A stretch of 64,000 nucleotides of DNA from an uncultured Thermoplasmata archaeon (GCA_964535805.1 CAZHUM010000001.1:39122-103121); one strand, 5' to 3'. Shown: positions 1 to 9,713, counted from the stretch's first letter. Translations and numbers: made by a program. The notes: a model not told the origin generated them from the sequence alone.

Positions 1-48
1 TATCAAGGCAGCGCCATATCCGGCAGCAGCACTCTCAACGAGATCGAG

Positions 49-297
49 GTGAATTTTTCTCCTTACCAGAACGGTACCATGGTAAACATCGAACACGGCA
101 TGACCATGGTTGGGTTGTTACTTACCATCATACTGCTCTTCGCGGGAGCTATAGGTATCGTGATATTGATACTCTGGTACATCAAGTACGACAAGATGAA
201 AGGAGAGCTTAGAAGAGCTTTTCCTGCCTACATACCCCCTCCACCGCATCAGCAGATGCCACAGCAGGACTACGGAGCTCCACCTCCTCCTCAGTGA
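49..297 (+). CDS. Small membrane protein with one TM helix and a Pro/Gln-rich C-terminal tail. The frame is open back to position 1, so the N-terminus may lie outside the window.
   Basis: A hydrophobic stretch (GLLLTIILLFAGAIGIVILILWYI) is followed by PPPPHQQMPQQDYGAPPPPQ. No homolog recognised. Confidence 0.3.
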   Translation: MNFSPYQNGTMVNIEHGMTMVGLLLTIILLFAGAIGIVILILWYIKYDKMKGELRRAFPAYIPPPPHQQMPQQDYGAPPPPQ

Positions 298-298
298 T

Positions 299-517
299 TC
301 ATCTGCGGTTGATAACCGCGAATATAAGAGCGGTCACAACGAAGGCTATCAACGCCCAGAGTATACTCTGTGTGAGTAGAAAAACGACTATAGCGATTAT
401 CGTTGATGGAAGGAACTCGAAGATCAGTTTGAACAATACGGCTATGACCAGTATGATCACTATCAGCACAAGGATAGCTGCACATGCGACCAAGCCGAGT
501 CCTAGGAGTAAGCTCAT
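299..517 (-). CDS. Small hypothetical protein with two TM helices.
   Basis: Two long hydrophobic helices. Preferred over the overlapping plus-strand ORF 294..524, which has an S/T/I-rich low-complexity translation. Confidence 0.3.
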   Translation of the reverse strand: MSLLLGLGLVACAAILVLIVIILVIAVLFKLIFEFLPSTIIAIVVFLLTQSILWALIAFVVTALIFAVINRR

Positions 518-608
518 GGAATAATATCCGTGTACTCTACTATAATACTTGCTACATCAAGTTAAAGTTTTTATGTATATACCGCATAACCAAATTCTAG
601 TGAGCACA

Positions 609-1163
609 ATGTTGGACAAAGAATCTGCCATGGATATGGTGGAAAGGAATGTGGATAATAAAAATCTGGTCAATCACATGCTAGCCGTCTCCAAGATAAT
701 GGAGTCTTTGGCTTCTGAATTGGGTGAGGACGAGCGGAAGTGGAAGATTCTTGGGCTCGTCCACGATGTAGACTACGAAGAGACGAAAGACGATCCCGAA
801 AGGCACGCTCTGATCTCCGCTGACATGCTTATAGGTAAGGTACCTGACGACGTGGTCAGGGCCGTTAAATCCCATAACTTCGAGCACACCGGCGTAGAGC
901 CGGATAACTCTATGGAGTACGCTCTGATAGCTGCGGATGCCGTATCGGGCCTCGTAGTCGCTACCGCACTGGTCATGCCCAACAGCAAACTTGAGGAAGC
1001 TAGACCGGAATCGGTCATCAAAAAGTTCAGCGATTCCTCGTTCGCCAAGAACATCGATCGTGATAAGATCCTGTACTGCGAGAAATTGGGCCTGGGCAGG
1101 GATGAGTTCCTGACTCTCTCTCTAGAAGCGCTGCAGGCGATCGACGACGAACTGGGTTTATGA
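609..1163 (+). CDS. HD-superfamily phosphohydrolase.
   Basis: H...HD metal-binding pattern: NHMLAVSKIME ... LGLVHDVDYEE ... DMLIG. The ATG at 609 is preferred over the upstream TTG at 549. Confidence 0.65.
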   Translation: MLDKESAMDMVERNVDNKNLVNHMLAVSKIMESLASELGEDERKWKILGLVHDVDYEETKDDPERHALISADMLIGKVPDDVVRAVKSHNFEHTGVEPDNSMEYALIAADAVSGLVVATALVMPNSKLEEARPESVIKKFSDSSFAKNIDRDKILYCEKLGLGRDEFLTLSLEALQAIDDELGL

Positions 1164-1167
1164 TTCC

Positions 1168-1650
1168 ATGGGAAAAAACTACAAGCTCGAAAGACCGTCA
1201 TGGGAAGAGTTAGAAATATTGATAGAAGAGTACGGTGACCCCTTCGTTATTTTCTGGAGATACGACATGAAGGAAATCGAATACGTCGATGATCATCCAC
1301 CATGCAAGGGAGAGGCCGTTCTGAAGATGTTCCATGAGGATATGTTAGTGGGGGTAAGGCATCGTGGAGGTGAAAAATTCGTTCTTCCCATGGGGAGGGT
1401 ATGGGATAGCGAAAGTTTCGTAGAAGGAGCTGTCAGGGAAGCTAAAGAAGAAACTGGATTCGATATCGAACTTTTAAAATTCGAAGAGATAAGAAAATTG
1501 GAATTCACCTTTTCTAATGCGATTTTGGAAAGATGGCATCTGCTTTTCACCGCACGAGTCATCAATGGAGATGGAATCCCTCGAGATAAGGATGAAATCG
1601 AAGGAGTAAAACTCATGGATGACGTTCCCTGGGCTACGGAGTTTTATTAG
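1168..1650 (+). CDS. NUDIX hydrolase.
   Basis: Complete Nudix box GRVWDSESFVEGAVREAKEETGF (G-x5-E-x7-REUxEExGU). The gene lies 5 nt downstream of the HD gene. Confidence 0.75.
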   Translation: MGKNYKLERPSWEELEILIEEYGDPFVIFWRYDMKEIEYVDDHPPCKGEAVLKMFHEDMLVGVRHRGGEKFVLPMGRVWDSESFVEGAVREAKEETGFDIELLKFEEIRKLEFTFSNAILERWHLLFTARVINGDGIPRDKDEIEGVKLMDDVPWATEFY

Positions 1651-1765
1651 TACTGTAGTCATTTTCAAGGTCTGGACCAACCTGATTATTTTGTTATTTC
1701 TAACTTTGTTTCCATATCCGAAATTGACAACATATTAATATAACTTAAATTGATTTTCTATCTAA

Positions 1766-2485
1766 ATGGGTGAAACAACTATGGAAGAAAAAAACGAAGT
1801 TCAAGAAAAAAAATATCGTCTGTTGGTCGTTGATGATGAAAAAGATTTCTTGGATGTGATGAAGAAATGGCTTGAAAAGTCGGATGAGATAGATTGCGAA
1901 GTAGATACCGCGGGGGATGGAGAAAGTGCTCTAACATCCATCGGTGAAAACGAATACGACCTGATCATAGCAGATCAAAAGATGCCTGGACTGACTGGTA
2001 ACGAGCTGCTGACTCGGATAAAAAAGAAATACCCCGATATCATTAGAATATTGATAACCGGTTATCCGAACAATGAAGCGATGAAGAAAGCTATCAACGA
2101 GGCTGAAGTACATTATTATCTGGATAAACCCATAGAAAGTGATGAATTGATCACCACCGTCAAACGGGAACTGGATAGAAAATTCGAAAGAGAAAATTTG
2201 GGCATGATCAAAGTTGCTGATTTGATGGATACCGAAAAGGTATTGAATGAATTCAGAGAGAGTTTTTCAAGTATATCCAAAGAGAATCCTGGTATCATAT
2301 CTCTACCCGAGTGCCCTGGAGATAGACAGAAATTGATCTTCGAATTTCTCACACAATCCAAATTCAATAAATTCTCGTATGAACTGAAGGAAAATTATGA
2401 CCTAAAGGAGATCTACAAAGCTAGAATCGAAGATGTTCAGGTATTCAACAACAGATATTTCGTCACCATTTCCGTTAAGATATAA
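1766..2485 (+). CDS. Response-regulator receiver (CheY-like) domain protein with an uncharacterised C-terminal domain of about 110 aa.
   Basis: Receiver signature LLVVDDEKDF...DLIIADQKMPGLTGNELL...ILITGY. The C-terminal half has no recognisable output domain and no histidine kinase is nearby. Confidence 0.75.
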   Translation: MGETTMEEKNEVQEKKYRLLVVDDEKDFLDVMKKWLEKSDEIDCEVDTAGDGESALTSIGENEYDLIIADQKMPGLTGNELLTRIKKKYPDIIRILITGYPNNEAMKKAINEAEVHYYLDKPIESDELITTVKRELDRKFERENLGMIKVADLMDTEKVLNEFRESFSSISKENPGIISLPECPGDRQKLIFEFLTQSKFNKFSYELKENYDLKEIYKARIEDVQVFNNRYFVTISVKI

Positions 2486-2519
2486 ACCTTTGTAAAATCG
2501 ATATCATCTAACCATCATA

Positions 2520-3326
2520 TTAACCATCATATTTTTCTAGAAGAGTTCTAACTTTACCACTTGATTCTTCATCACCCTGCTCATCGTACCAAGCCAAAAC
2601 CTTCTCTGCGAATTTTTCTGTTTCTTCCTTTGGTACGCCCTCTTCTAGTTGGAATTTGTCTATACCGCTATCCTTGAGAATCTCTTCCCTTGTCGAGTAC
2701 GGCATATCACCCATGGTGGATGTGCATAGGAAGATGCAGTCTAGCAGTTCTCTGTGATCTTTAATCTCGTCCAGGGATAACGGATCTTCTATCTCGTCCA
2801 TCTTCTGACTGGTCTGATAGACTGTCCTGGACGCTAGTTCCTTGAAGGCACGGTTGACCTGTTTGCCGGTCTTTGCGGAAGTGAAAAAGTAGTAGTCGAA
2901 ATGTTTGTAGTATCCATCCAGGTCATCATCGCTTTCGAGCTCTTTTTCATCCAGGTCATCCTTGTTGACTGCTAAAATAATCGGTGCATCCTGCCTCGAG
3001 AGTGAACGGTAGCGGGGGATCCATTCATCAACAAGGCTGTCCAGGGTGTCTTTTCTGGTTGCATCTACAACTGCTATGGCTCCGTAGGAACCTCTGAACG
3101 CTCCCTTCTGCACCAGGTTGAAATTCTTCTCCCCCATGATATCGTTGATCAACAGTTTTACCTGGAGCCCCAGAAGGGGTACTTTCTTGGTGTAGGTATT
3201 CATCCCGATGGTTTTAAGATATTGGTCTCCGAACTGGTTCTTAACGTATCGAATCACCAGGGATGTCTTTCCCACGCCTGGGTCGCCCAGTAGATTGACC
3301 TTCCTCTTGACCTTTCCTAGAAACAT
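2520..3326 (-). CDS. Ras-superfamily small GTPase (Rab/Ras-like) with an extra C-terminal domain of about 100 aa.
   Basis: G1 GDPGVGKTS, switch-I Thr (LKTIGMNTY), G3 DIMGE, G4 NKDD and G5 TSAK motifs are all present. The C-terminal 100 aa are unassigned. Confidence 0.75.
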   Translation of the reverse strand: MFLGKVKRKVNLLGDPGVGKTSLVIRYVKNQFGDQYLKTIGMNTYTKKVPLLGLQVKLLINDIMGEKNFNLVQKGAFRGSYGAIAVVDATRKDTLDSLVDEWIPRYRSLSRQDAPIILAVNKDDLDEKELESDDDLDGYYKHFDYYFFTSAKTGKQVNRAFKELASRTVYQTSQKMDEIEDPLSLDEIKDHRELLDCIFLCTSTMGDMPYSTREEILKDSGIDKFQLEEGVPKEETEKFAEKVLAWYDEQGDEESSGKVRTLLEKYDG

Positions 3327-3390
3327 GATAACAGGTAGGAGAATTCATGGAAGGGATTTAACGTTTTCTCCGATTTATCCGGTTAAAATA

Positions 3391-3948
3391 TCATCCATAC
3401 TTGTTATGATACACGAACTCATCTAGCTCTTTTCTCTCCGGCCTCTCCCTCTCGATCTCGATCTGCTTATCGGTCATGAATTCCGTGGGTTCCTCAGAGT
3501 GCCCTCCAACGATGACCAGAGTGATCAACCGGTACTCGTCAGGTATACCCAATAAATCCTTGGTCTTCTGTTCGTCGAATCCCGCTATGGGATGAGCAAC
3601 TAGACCTAACTCCGTCGCCCGCAGGATCATAAAAGCCGTTGCCATGCCTGTATCGAATAAATAGTACTCTCTTTCCTTCACAACACAGTCGTCCTCTTTC
3701 TTACTGAACACCACGATTATCAGCGATGCCTTCCGTGTCCACTCGTTGTGCGAGGACATCGCTTCCTGCATTCTGTCAAGAATCTCTTCGTCGTAAACGA
3801 AGACATATTTCCAGGGCTGGTAGTTGAAGCATGATGCGGACAGGCGTGCGGCCTCCGCCAAATCTTTGACGAGATTTTCATCTATATCGACTCTCTTCAA
3901 ACCTCTGTACGCCCTTCTTTTCTCTATCGCTTGCTTCACATCCATCAT
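3391..3948 (-). CDS. Nitroreductase-family oxidoreductase.
   Basis: Nitroreductase fold motifs: RRAYRGL..., PWKYVFV, LGLVAHPIAGFD. A 4-nt overlap with korB suggests an operon. Confidence 0.75.
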   Translation of the reverse strand: MMDVKQAIEKRRAYRGLKRVDIDENLVKDLAEAARLSASCFNYQPWKYVFVYDEEILDRMQEAMSSHNEWTRKASLIIVVFSKKEDDCVVKEREYYLFDTGMATAFMILRATELGLVAHPIAGFDEQKTKDLLGIPDEYRLITLVIVGGHSEEPTEFMTDKQIEIERERPERKELDEFVYHNKYG

Positions 3949-4793
3949 TCATCACCGTAGATTATCTTCTTTATTATATCCGATCGTTCATCCCTATCCA
4001 TACGATCCCTCACCGGGTTCCATCCACTGTAAAGTTCCTCGTGATAAACGGGCTTCTCTTCTTTATATAACACTCCTATAGGCAGTTTATCTTTCATCTG
4101 AGCCAGATCCACTGCATCGAAGACCGTCTCTGCGGGTTCTTCGAGTTCGTAAGTCAACTCGTTGTACTCCTCGTAGGTATCGTGGAACACCACGCTCGGC
4201 TGAAGGACATCGATGAGTGCAAATCCGGGATGCTCTACCGCTTCGACTATTAGATCGGTGAGATGCGGTATATTCCCAGCATATCCACGTGACACGAAAC
4301 CCGCCCCGGCGGATAACATCAGTACCAGCGGGTTCAAAGGCGGCTCGATGCTGCCCCCGGGTGTAGAAGGTCCTTGGTAGCCTTTCTCACTTGTAGGTGA
4401 GAACTGTCCGGTGGTCAGTGCATAAGCACCATTGTTATGGACTACTACGGTTATATCGGCGTTCCTTTTGGCTGCGAAAATCATGTGGGATATCCCTTCT
4501 CCATACGCGTCGCCGTCGCCACCGAAGGCGATCACTTTCATGTCGGGTCGCGCGAATTTCATCCCCTCGACAGTAGCCATCTCCCTGCCGTGTATAGAGT
4601 AAAGTCCACTTAGTTTCAGATAATCAAGTATCTTACCGTGGCATCCGATGCCGGAAGAAACAAGTATCTTTTCCTTTCCGATACCTTCCTCCTCAAGCTT
4701 CGGTACAGCCTTTTTCACGGCAGCCAATATTCCAAAGTTACCACAGCCGGTGCACCATGTTATCTCTGCACCGGTTCCGTACCCTCCGGCCAT
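3945..4793 (-). CDS. korB: 2-oxoacid:ferredoxin oxidoreductase beta subunit (TPP-binding).
   Basis: WCTGCGNFGI, GIGCHGKI and the GDGD TPP-binding region. The gene abuts korA. Confidence 0.85.
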   Translation of the reverse strand: MAGGYGTGAEITWCTGCGNFGILAAVKKAVPKLEEEGIGKEKILVSSGIGCHGKILDYLKLSGLYSIHGREMATVEGMKFARPDMKVIAFGGDGDAYGEGISHMIFAAKRNADITVVVHNNGAYALTTGQFSPTSEKGYQGPSTPGGSIEPPLNPLVLMLSAGAGFVSRGYAGNIPHLTDLIVEAVEHPGFALIDVLQPSVVFHDTYEEYNELTYELEEPAETVFDAVDLAQMKDKLPIGVLYKEEKPVYHEELYSGWNPVRDRMDRDERSDIIKKIIYGDE

Positions 4794-6446
4794 TTAGAGC
4801 ACCTCCTTGATCTTCTCGGCAAGTTTTTCCGGTTCGAAGGGTCTGCCGTCGTACCTCTTGATTACCGCGGATGGACGGAGACCGATCTTATCTCTCAGCT
4901 GTGTGGCGAACTGTCCAGATACGCTCTGCTCCACGACTATAGGCCGGTCGTCGTTGTACTTCTCCAACTCCCAGATCGGCAGTGGTTTCAAGTATCTCGG
5001 CTGTACCACGACGGCGTCTATATCTCCGGCAGAAAGCGCTTCGAGAACGCTGGAGGTCGTGGACCCGTATGTCATGATAACAGGTCCAGAATCACCGAAA
5101 ACGTTCACCGTTTTTATCTCCTTCAATTCCTTCAACAATGCCCTTTGTTTTCTCTCCCTTTTATCGTGCATCTCGGTGATTAACTCCGCGTCCTCCGTTG
5201 TCACTCCGTCCTCCCTGCTCTCGTAGCTGTTCCATCGGATAAAATCTTCTGAAGGTGGGAACTGCAGAGGGGATACACCGTTTTCAGTTAGTTTGTATCT
5301 CTTGTATTCGCCTTTTTCATGGATGATCGGGGGCTTGTAATCCGTCTCATCAACATCTACATCGACGATCATACCGCTCTCGGAAAGATGCTTCTCGGTC
5401 AAAAGGATCCCAGGTGTCTGGAATTTCCAAAGTAGATTCAACATCTGGGCCGTCAAATAAAACGCTTCGTTCACGCTGCCCGGGGAAGCAACCACCCTGG
5501 GAAAATCCCCCTGTCCCTGGTTAAGAGCCATATCCAAATCCGCCTGCTCCGTGTAAGTTGGCACACCCGTCGACGGACCCGGTCTTGATGATAGGACGAA
5601 CAGCACCGGTGATTCAGCCATGCCCGCCAGTGAAAATGCTTCCTCCATAAGAGACAAGCCACCTCCGCTGCTCCCGACCATCGCTCTTGCTCCAACCACC
5701 GTAGATCCGATGGCCATGTTGGCAACCGCGATCTCGTTCTCTGGGTGTACAACTGCTACACCGAGTTCGTCTTTGTGATCCGCTAAAAAATGTAAGATCG
5801 AGGAGGCTGGTGTCATCGGGTACGCATAATATAGGTCTAGACCTGTGGCACATGCACCGAGAGCTATGGCTTGATTTCCTGTGAGCACGGCCTTTTTCTC
5901 TTCACCTCGTTCCAGGTCGAAGCGGGCTCCCAACCCGTCATCGACTTCCTCGTAGACCTTAAGGGCAAATGATACGTTCTCTTCAGCACCTTTGGAGTAC
6001 TCCTGCTCGACGAATTTTTTCATCTCCACCTTATCAACTCCGACCGCCGAACAGAGCACCGCGATACCGGCTACGCCCACTATAAGGTCCGGCCTCGAGT
6101 ACTCTTTGGCTATGGAACTTAAGGGAACATGGACATCTCCACCTTCTATCTCATCGGAGTTGTTCACCACGGTCCCTTTTTCAGAGAGGTGGCCTTTGTG
6201 TTTCTCGTAGCTTCTTTTATCGAGGTTCACCACTAGATCCGCTCCCATGTAGTGACTGTTAATTTCATCCATGGATGTGCTCACGACAGAAAAATTATGA
6301 CCTCCGCGGATCAAACTCTGGTAATCGTCCATCTGGAAGGCATTTCTGCCCATAGATAAAAACAATCTAGCCGCCGTAGTTCCAGCTTTTTTAACTCCTT
6401 CACCAGCTTTCCCACCTATCAAATACGTGAATATCTCTTTTGTCAT
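4794..6446 (-). CDS. korA: 2-oxoacid:ferredoxin oxidoreductase alpha subunit (fused gamma-alpha type).
   Basis: An N-terminal gamma-like domain (IGGKAGEGVKKAGTT) is fused to an alpha domain. It sits directly upstream of korB with no gap. Confidence 0.85.
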   Translation of the reverse strand: MTKEIFTYLIGGKAGEGVKKAGTTAARLFLSMGRNAFQMDDYQSLIRGGHNFSVVSTSMDEINSHYMGADLVVNLDKRSYEKHKGHLSEKGTVVNNSDEIEGGDVHVPLSSIAKEYSRPDLIVGVAGIAVLCSAVGVDKVEMKKFVEQEYSKGAEENVSFALKVYEEVDDGLGARFDLERGEEKKAVLTGNQAIALGACATGLDLYYAYPMTPASSILHFLADHKDELGVAVVHPENEIAVANMAIGSTVVGARAMVGSSGGGLSLMEEAFSLAGMAESPVLFVLSSRPGPSTGVPTYTEQADLDMALNQGQGDFPRVVASPGSVNEAFYLTAQMLNLLWKFQTPGILLTEKHLSESGMIVDVDVDETDYKPPIIHEKGEYKRYKLTENGVSPLQFPPSEDFIRWNSYESREDGVTTEDAELITEMHDKRERKQRALLKELKEIKTVNVFGDSGPVIMTYGSTTSSVLEALSAGDIDAVVVQPRYLKPLPIWELEKYNDDRPIVVEQSVSGQFATQLRDKIGLRPSAVIKRYDGRPFEPEKLAEKIKEVL

Positions 6447-6495
6447 CTTATCATCTCGATTTAACTTCTCCCGATAAGGGAGGAAAGGGATTTGG

Positions 6496-7011
6496 TTACT
6501 CTTCTTCCTGTGTTTCGTCGACGAAGACTCTTTGTTCCATCTTCTGGTCGAACATCATCAGCGCACTTGTGTTGTCTCCGATCATCTTGAGCTTCTCGAC
6601 GATGGTTTCAGCGTTGTCCTCTTCTTCCACCTGTTCGTCCACGTACCACTGCAGCATGTTGTAGGTCGCCCTGTCCTTCTTCCCTTCCGCTAGATCAACC
6701 ATGTTGTTGATACGTTTGGTAACGTACTTCTCGTGCTCAAAGGCATCTTCGAAAGCTTCTAAAGGCGTCTCCCATTCACTTTTTGGCTCATCTATGGCTA
6801 TGAGCTTTACACGACCTCCGCGCTCCTGCAGATAATCGTAGAACTTCATGGCGTGTGTCATCTCCTCCTGCGCTTGGGTCTTCATCCAGTTCTCGAAGCC
6901 GTCTAGGTTCTTCTCTGCAAAATCCGCTGCCATGGACAGGTACAGATAGGCGGAGTACATCTCGGCGTTTATCTGGTCGTTTATCGATCTCTCTATCTCT
7001 TCATCTATCAT
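6496..7011 (-). CDS. Ferritin (non-haem, Ftn-type).
   Basis: Ferritin diiron ligand pattern: EMYSAYLYLSMA...EEMTHAMKFY...QWYVDEQVEEE. Confidence 0.8.
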   Translation of the reverse strand: MIDEEIERSINDQINAEMYSAYLYLSMAADFAEKNLDGFENWMKTQAQEEMTHAMKFYDYLQERGGRVKLIAIDEPKSEWETPLEAFEDAFEHEKYVTKRINNMVDLAEGKKDRATYNMLQWYVDEQVEEEDNAETIVEKLKMIGDNTSALMMFDQKMEQRVFVDETQEEE

Positions 7012-7019
7012 CTTATCAC

Positions 7020-7523
7020 CTAAAATTCTTTGAATTTATCGCTAGACACACCGCAGACCGGACAGTTTTCCGGAGGCTCGCCTTGATGGGTGTACCCGCA
7101 GACCGGACAGATATACAGCTCTTCCATCTCGATGTCCTCGTCCTTTTCCACGACATCCTTTGCCTTCTCGTACATCTTAGAGTGTATCCTTTCTGCTTCG
7201 AGGGCGTAATGGATCGATCTTTGTGCACCCTTTTCTTCCTCGAGATGTGCTATCTCGTGGTAAGCCGGATACATCCAGTGGACTTCGAAATCTTCACCGT
7301 CCACACCCGCCTGCAGATTCTCGCCGCTATCTCCGATCATGCCCAACTCACGGGCGTGATTCGTCGCATGGACCCTCTCCGCGTAAGCGATTCCTTTGAA
7401 CAGTCTAGCTAGATTCTCTTTTCCTTCTCTCTCGGCTACATCGCTGAAGATCAGATACTTCATGTGCGCCTGCGATTCTCCCGAGAACGCTTCCTTTAAC
7501 GATTTGTCAGTCATCTTTCCCAT
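7020..7523 (-). CDS. rbr: Rubrerythrin (diiron domain plus C-terminal rubredoxin-like CxxC...CxxC).
   Basis: Diiron helices are followed by YICPVCGY...CPVCGV. A GGTGA RBS lies 5 nt upstream of the internal ATG at 7523, which removes the overlap with dfx. Confidence 0.85.
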   Translation of the reverse strand: MGKMTDKSLKEAFSGESQAHMKYLIFSDVAEREGKENLARLFKGIAYAERVHATNHARELGMIGDSGENLQAGVDGEDFEVHWMYPAYHEIAHLEEEKGAQRSIHYALEAERIHSKMYEKAKDVVEKDEDIEMEELYICPVCGYTHQGEPPENCPVCGVSSDKFKEF

Positions 7524-7531
7524 TTTTTCAC

Positions 7532-7915
7532 CTATTGTGTGTTTTTCCATAATCCGTGAACGTTGCAGTAACATCTCGCCGCAACGACATCATCTTTAGA
7601 AATATTGAACTGCGATTTCGGTTCGTCAGCAGGGTTCAAAAACCCTCTATGAGCACCTTCTTTGGTTATCACTTCGACCCACTCTATGTAGTGCTGGTCT
7701 TCCATGGGATGCTCCACCTCGCCCACTTTTATCTCGACGCCTTCATCAGTACTTGTCACTACCGGTAGATGTTTCTCGTTTCCTTCTTCCTGCTTCTTCT
7801 CTTCCTTCAACTGCATGGGCTGACCGCAGCAGACCAAGGTGCCCTGGCCGGTGTGCAAAACTTCGACCACGTTCCCACATACATCGCATCTGTATATCTG
7901 CATCTTTTTCGTCAT
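7532..7915 (-). CDS. dfx: Desulfoferrodoxin (2Fe superoxide reductase).
   Basis: An N-terminal desulforedoxin CxxC...CC site (YRCDVCGN...LVCCGQPM) precedes the SOR domain (HYIEWVEV...CNVHGLW). The start was reassigned to an internal ATG preceded by GGAGG, where the ORF track extends to 8041. Confidence 0.85.
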   Translation of the reverse strand: MTKKMQIYRCDVCGNVVEVLHTGQGTLVCCGQPMQLKEEKKQEEGNEKHLPVVTSTDEGVEIKVGEVEHPMEDQHYIEWVEVITKEGAHRGFLNPADEPKSQFNISKDDVVAARCYCNVHGLWKNTQ

Positions 7916-7953
7916 CTTGATTCCTCCAATATAATAATAAAAAAGAAAGGGGT

Positions 7954-8598
7954 TCACTGCTTCCTGTGGCACAGCCACCAGTCGTAGCACGTGATCTTCC
8001 CGTCTTTCTCGTCCTTTTCTCTTTTCTTTATCGTATCCCAATCGCTGGCAGGTGGCAGTATAAGATCGTTACCGATGAGCTCGTTATCCGGCCAGTTCGC
8101 CGGTATCGCTACACCTTCTTTGGCTGCCATCTGGAATCCCTTGATCATCCTGATGAACTCGTCCATGTTCCTGCCCAGCTCGGCCGGGTAGTACAGTATA
8201 GCTCTGATCGTCGATTCTGGATCCACCATGAACACCGCTCTTACTGTAGCCGTACTACCTGTGTTGTGTACAAGACCCAATTTGTTCGCCACTTTACCCT
8301 GTGCATCTGCGATTATCGGGAACTCTATTTTCTCGTCCAGATTCTCCTCTATCCATTCCGCCCACTTCAGGTGAGCGTGGACTTGGTCTATGCTCAATCC
8401 GATCAGCTCCGTGTTCAATTTCTTGAACTGATCGTATCTCTTCTGGAAGGCGTAGAACTCCGTTGTACATACAGGTGTGAAATCACCTGGATGAGAGAAC
8501 AGGATGAACCATTTGCCTTCGTATTCCTTGGGTAGATCTAACTTACCGTGCGTCGTTTGTACCGTCATTTCCGGGAACTTATCCCCTATGAGGGGCAT
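7954..8598 (-). CDS. Peroxiredoxin (AhpC/TSA, Prx6-like).
   Basis: [10 protein letters not shown]...[14 protein letters not shown] matches the archaeal Prx N-terminus and peroxidatic Cys motif. Confidence 0.85.
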   Translation of the reverse strand: MPLIGDKFPEMTVQTTHGKLDLPKEYEGKWFILFSHPGDFTPVCTTEFYAFQKRYDQFKKLNTELIGLSIDQVHAHLKWAEWIEENLDEKIEFPIIADAQGKVANKLGLVHNTGSTATVRAVFMVDPESTIRAILYYPAELGRNMDEFIRMIKGFQMAAKEGVAIPANWPDNELIGNDLILPPASDWDTIKKREKDEKDGKITCYDWWLCHRKQ

Positions 8599-8632
8599 TC
8601 CTTCATCTTCTTCCATTTTATCTAACTCCATT

Positions 8633-9025
8633 TTATAACTTCAATTCTTTTTCGTTTGTCCAGAGTCCGTGTATGTTGCAGTAGGATGTCGCTATTATCG
8701 TGCCGGGTTTCTCCGTCTTAAAGACCGCTTTTATCTTGGGCTCGGTGTAAACAGTACTGGTGTCCGGACCTTGGCCGGAAGCACCGTGAGACCTGAACTC
8801 GAACCGTCCTAACTCGTAGGGGAACTTCTCTCCTTCCGGGTGGAAGTAAAGTTCGATCCACTCGATGTGATGCTCGGTTGTATTGGGATGTGCGATCTCT
8901 TTGCCCACCGATGCCATCACCTTGATCTCCTCACCTTTTTCGACATCTCCCTTGATCTCTATAACGGGCACGTGCTTTTCTGTTTTCCAATCATCGCTCT
9001 GGTATATTCCATTCATCTTTGTCAT
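8633..9025 (-). CDS. sor: 1Fe superoxide reductase (neelaredoxin-type).
   Basis: [30 protein letters not shown] and CNIHGLW are near-identical to characterised Pyrococcus SOR motifs. Confidence 0.85.
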   Translation of the reverse strand: MTKMNGIYQSDDWKTEKHVPVIEIKGDVEKGEEIKVMASVGKEIAHPNTTEHHIEWIELYFHPEGEKFPYELGRFEFRSHGASGQGPDTSTVYTEPKIKAVFKTEKPGTIIATSYCNIHGLWTNEKELKL

Positions 9026-9030
9026 TTATT

Positions 9031-9516
9031 TCACCTCTCTTTTTCTAGTTCTATGATATCCAAAATCTCCTCGATATCTGGAAGTTGTTTTATCGGATAT
9101 ATCTTGGAGAATATAACTTTGTGATCTTCATCTAATAGTATATTAGCCCTCTCTGAGAACCCGTCCACGTCTCTAAAAATTCCGAATTTCTTGATGACTT
9201 CGCCGTGGGGCCAGAAATCGCAAAGGAGCGGTGTTTTCTCTATGCCGAGCTCTTCAGCCCAAGCCTTTTTGCTGGGGACCGTATCAACGCTCACACCGAC
9301 GGCAACCGTGTTAAAATCTTCAAATCTATCGTGATTGCCTTCCAAAGATTTCATCTGATCCGCACAAATTTTGGTCCACGCCAGTGGATGGAAAGAGAGC
9401 AGTACTTTTTTACCCTTATATTGACTTAATTGGAACACCTCTCCAGTGTGATCTTTCAGAGAAAAATCGTCGGAGGATTCTCCCTCTGCTAATACTTTTT
9501 CTGCCATATATCTCAC
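9031..9516 (-). CDS. Thiol peroxidase / Bcp-PrxQ-like AhpC/TSA family redoxin.
   Basis: Thioredoxin-fold with KVLLSFHPLAWTKICADQ (TxxC active site). Confidence 0.65.
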   Translation of the reverse strand: MRYMAEKVLAEGESSDDFSLKDHTGEVFQLSQYKGKKVLLSFHPLAWTKICADQMKSLEGNHDRFEDFNTVAVGVSVDTVPSKKAWAEELGIEKTPLLCDFWPHGEVIKKFGIFRDVDGFSERANILLDEDHKVIFSKIYPIKQLPDIEEILDIIELEKER

Positions 9517-9548
9517 CTCTTATCACATTATATTGAAATTATATGTAC

Positions 9549-9713
9549 TTAATCCTCGATCTTCTCGAATTGATCTTTCGGGGCTCCGCATATCGGGCAT
9601 ACCCAGTTATCCGGCAGCTCTTCGAATTTCGTACCTGGGTTCACTCCGTTATCCGGGTCTCCTTTCTCTTCGTCGTACACGTATCCGCAAACCAAACATT
9701 CCCATCTTGCCAT
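9549..9713 (-). CDS. rub: Rubredoxin (54 aa), absent from the supplied ORF track because it is shorter than 60 aa.
   Basis: Manual translation of the reverse strand gives [54 protein letters not shown]. It has the canonical CxxCG...CPxCG rubredoxin knuckles. Confidence 0.8.
   Translation of the reverse strand: MARWECLVCGYVYDEEKGDPDNGVNPGTKFEELPDNWVCPICGAPKDQFEKIED

Noticed and set aside
294-524. Plus-strand 76-aa ORF overlapping the minus-strand small membrane protein.
   Set aside because: Its composition is not protein-like. The minus-strand two-TM ORF is more plausible, though neither is strongly supported.
6855-7412. 185-aa plus-strand ORF spanning the ferritin/rubrerythrin junction.
   Set aside because: It lies opposite two strongly supported genes, and its translation is S/L/R-rich and low-complexity.
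7532-8041. Long version of the dfx ORF (169 aa) overlapping the peroxiredoxin gene.
   Set aside because: An internal ATG at 7915, preceded by GGAGG, gives the canonical desulforedoxin N-terminus (MTKKMQIYRCDVCGN). The extension is a non-coding read-through of the ORF caller.
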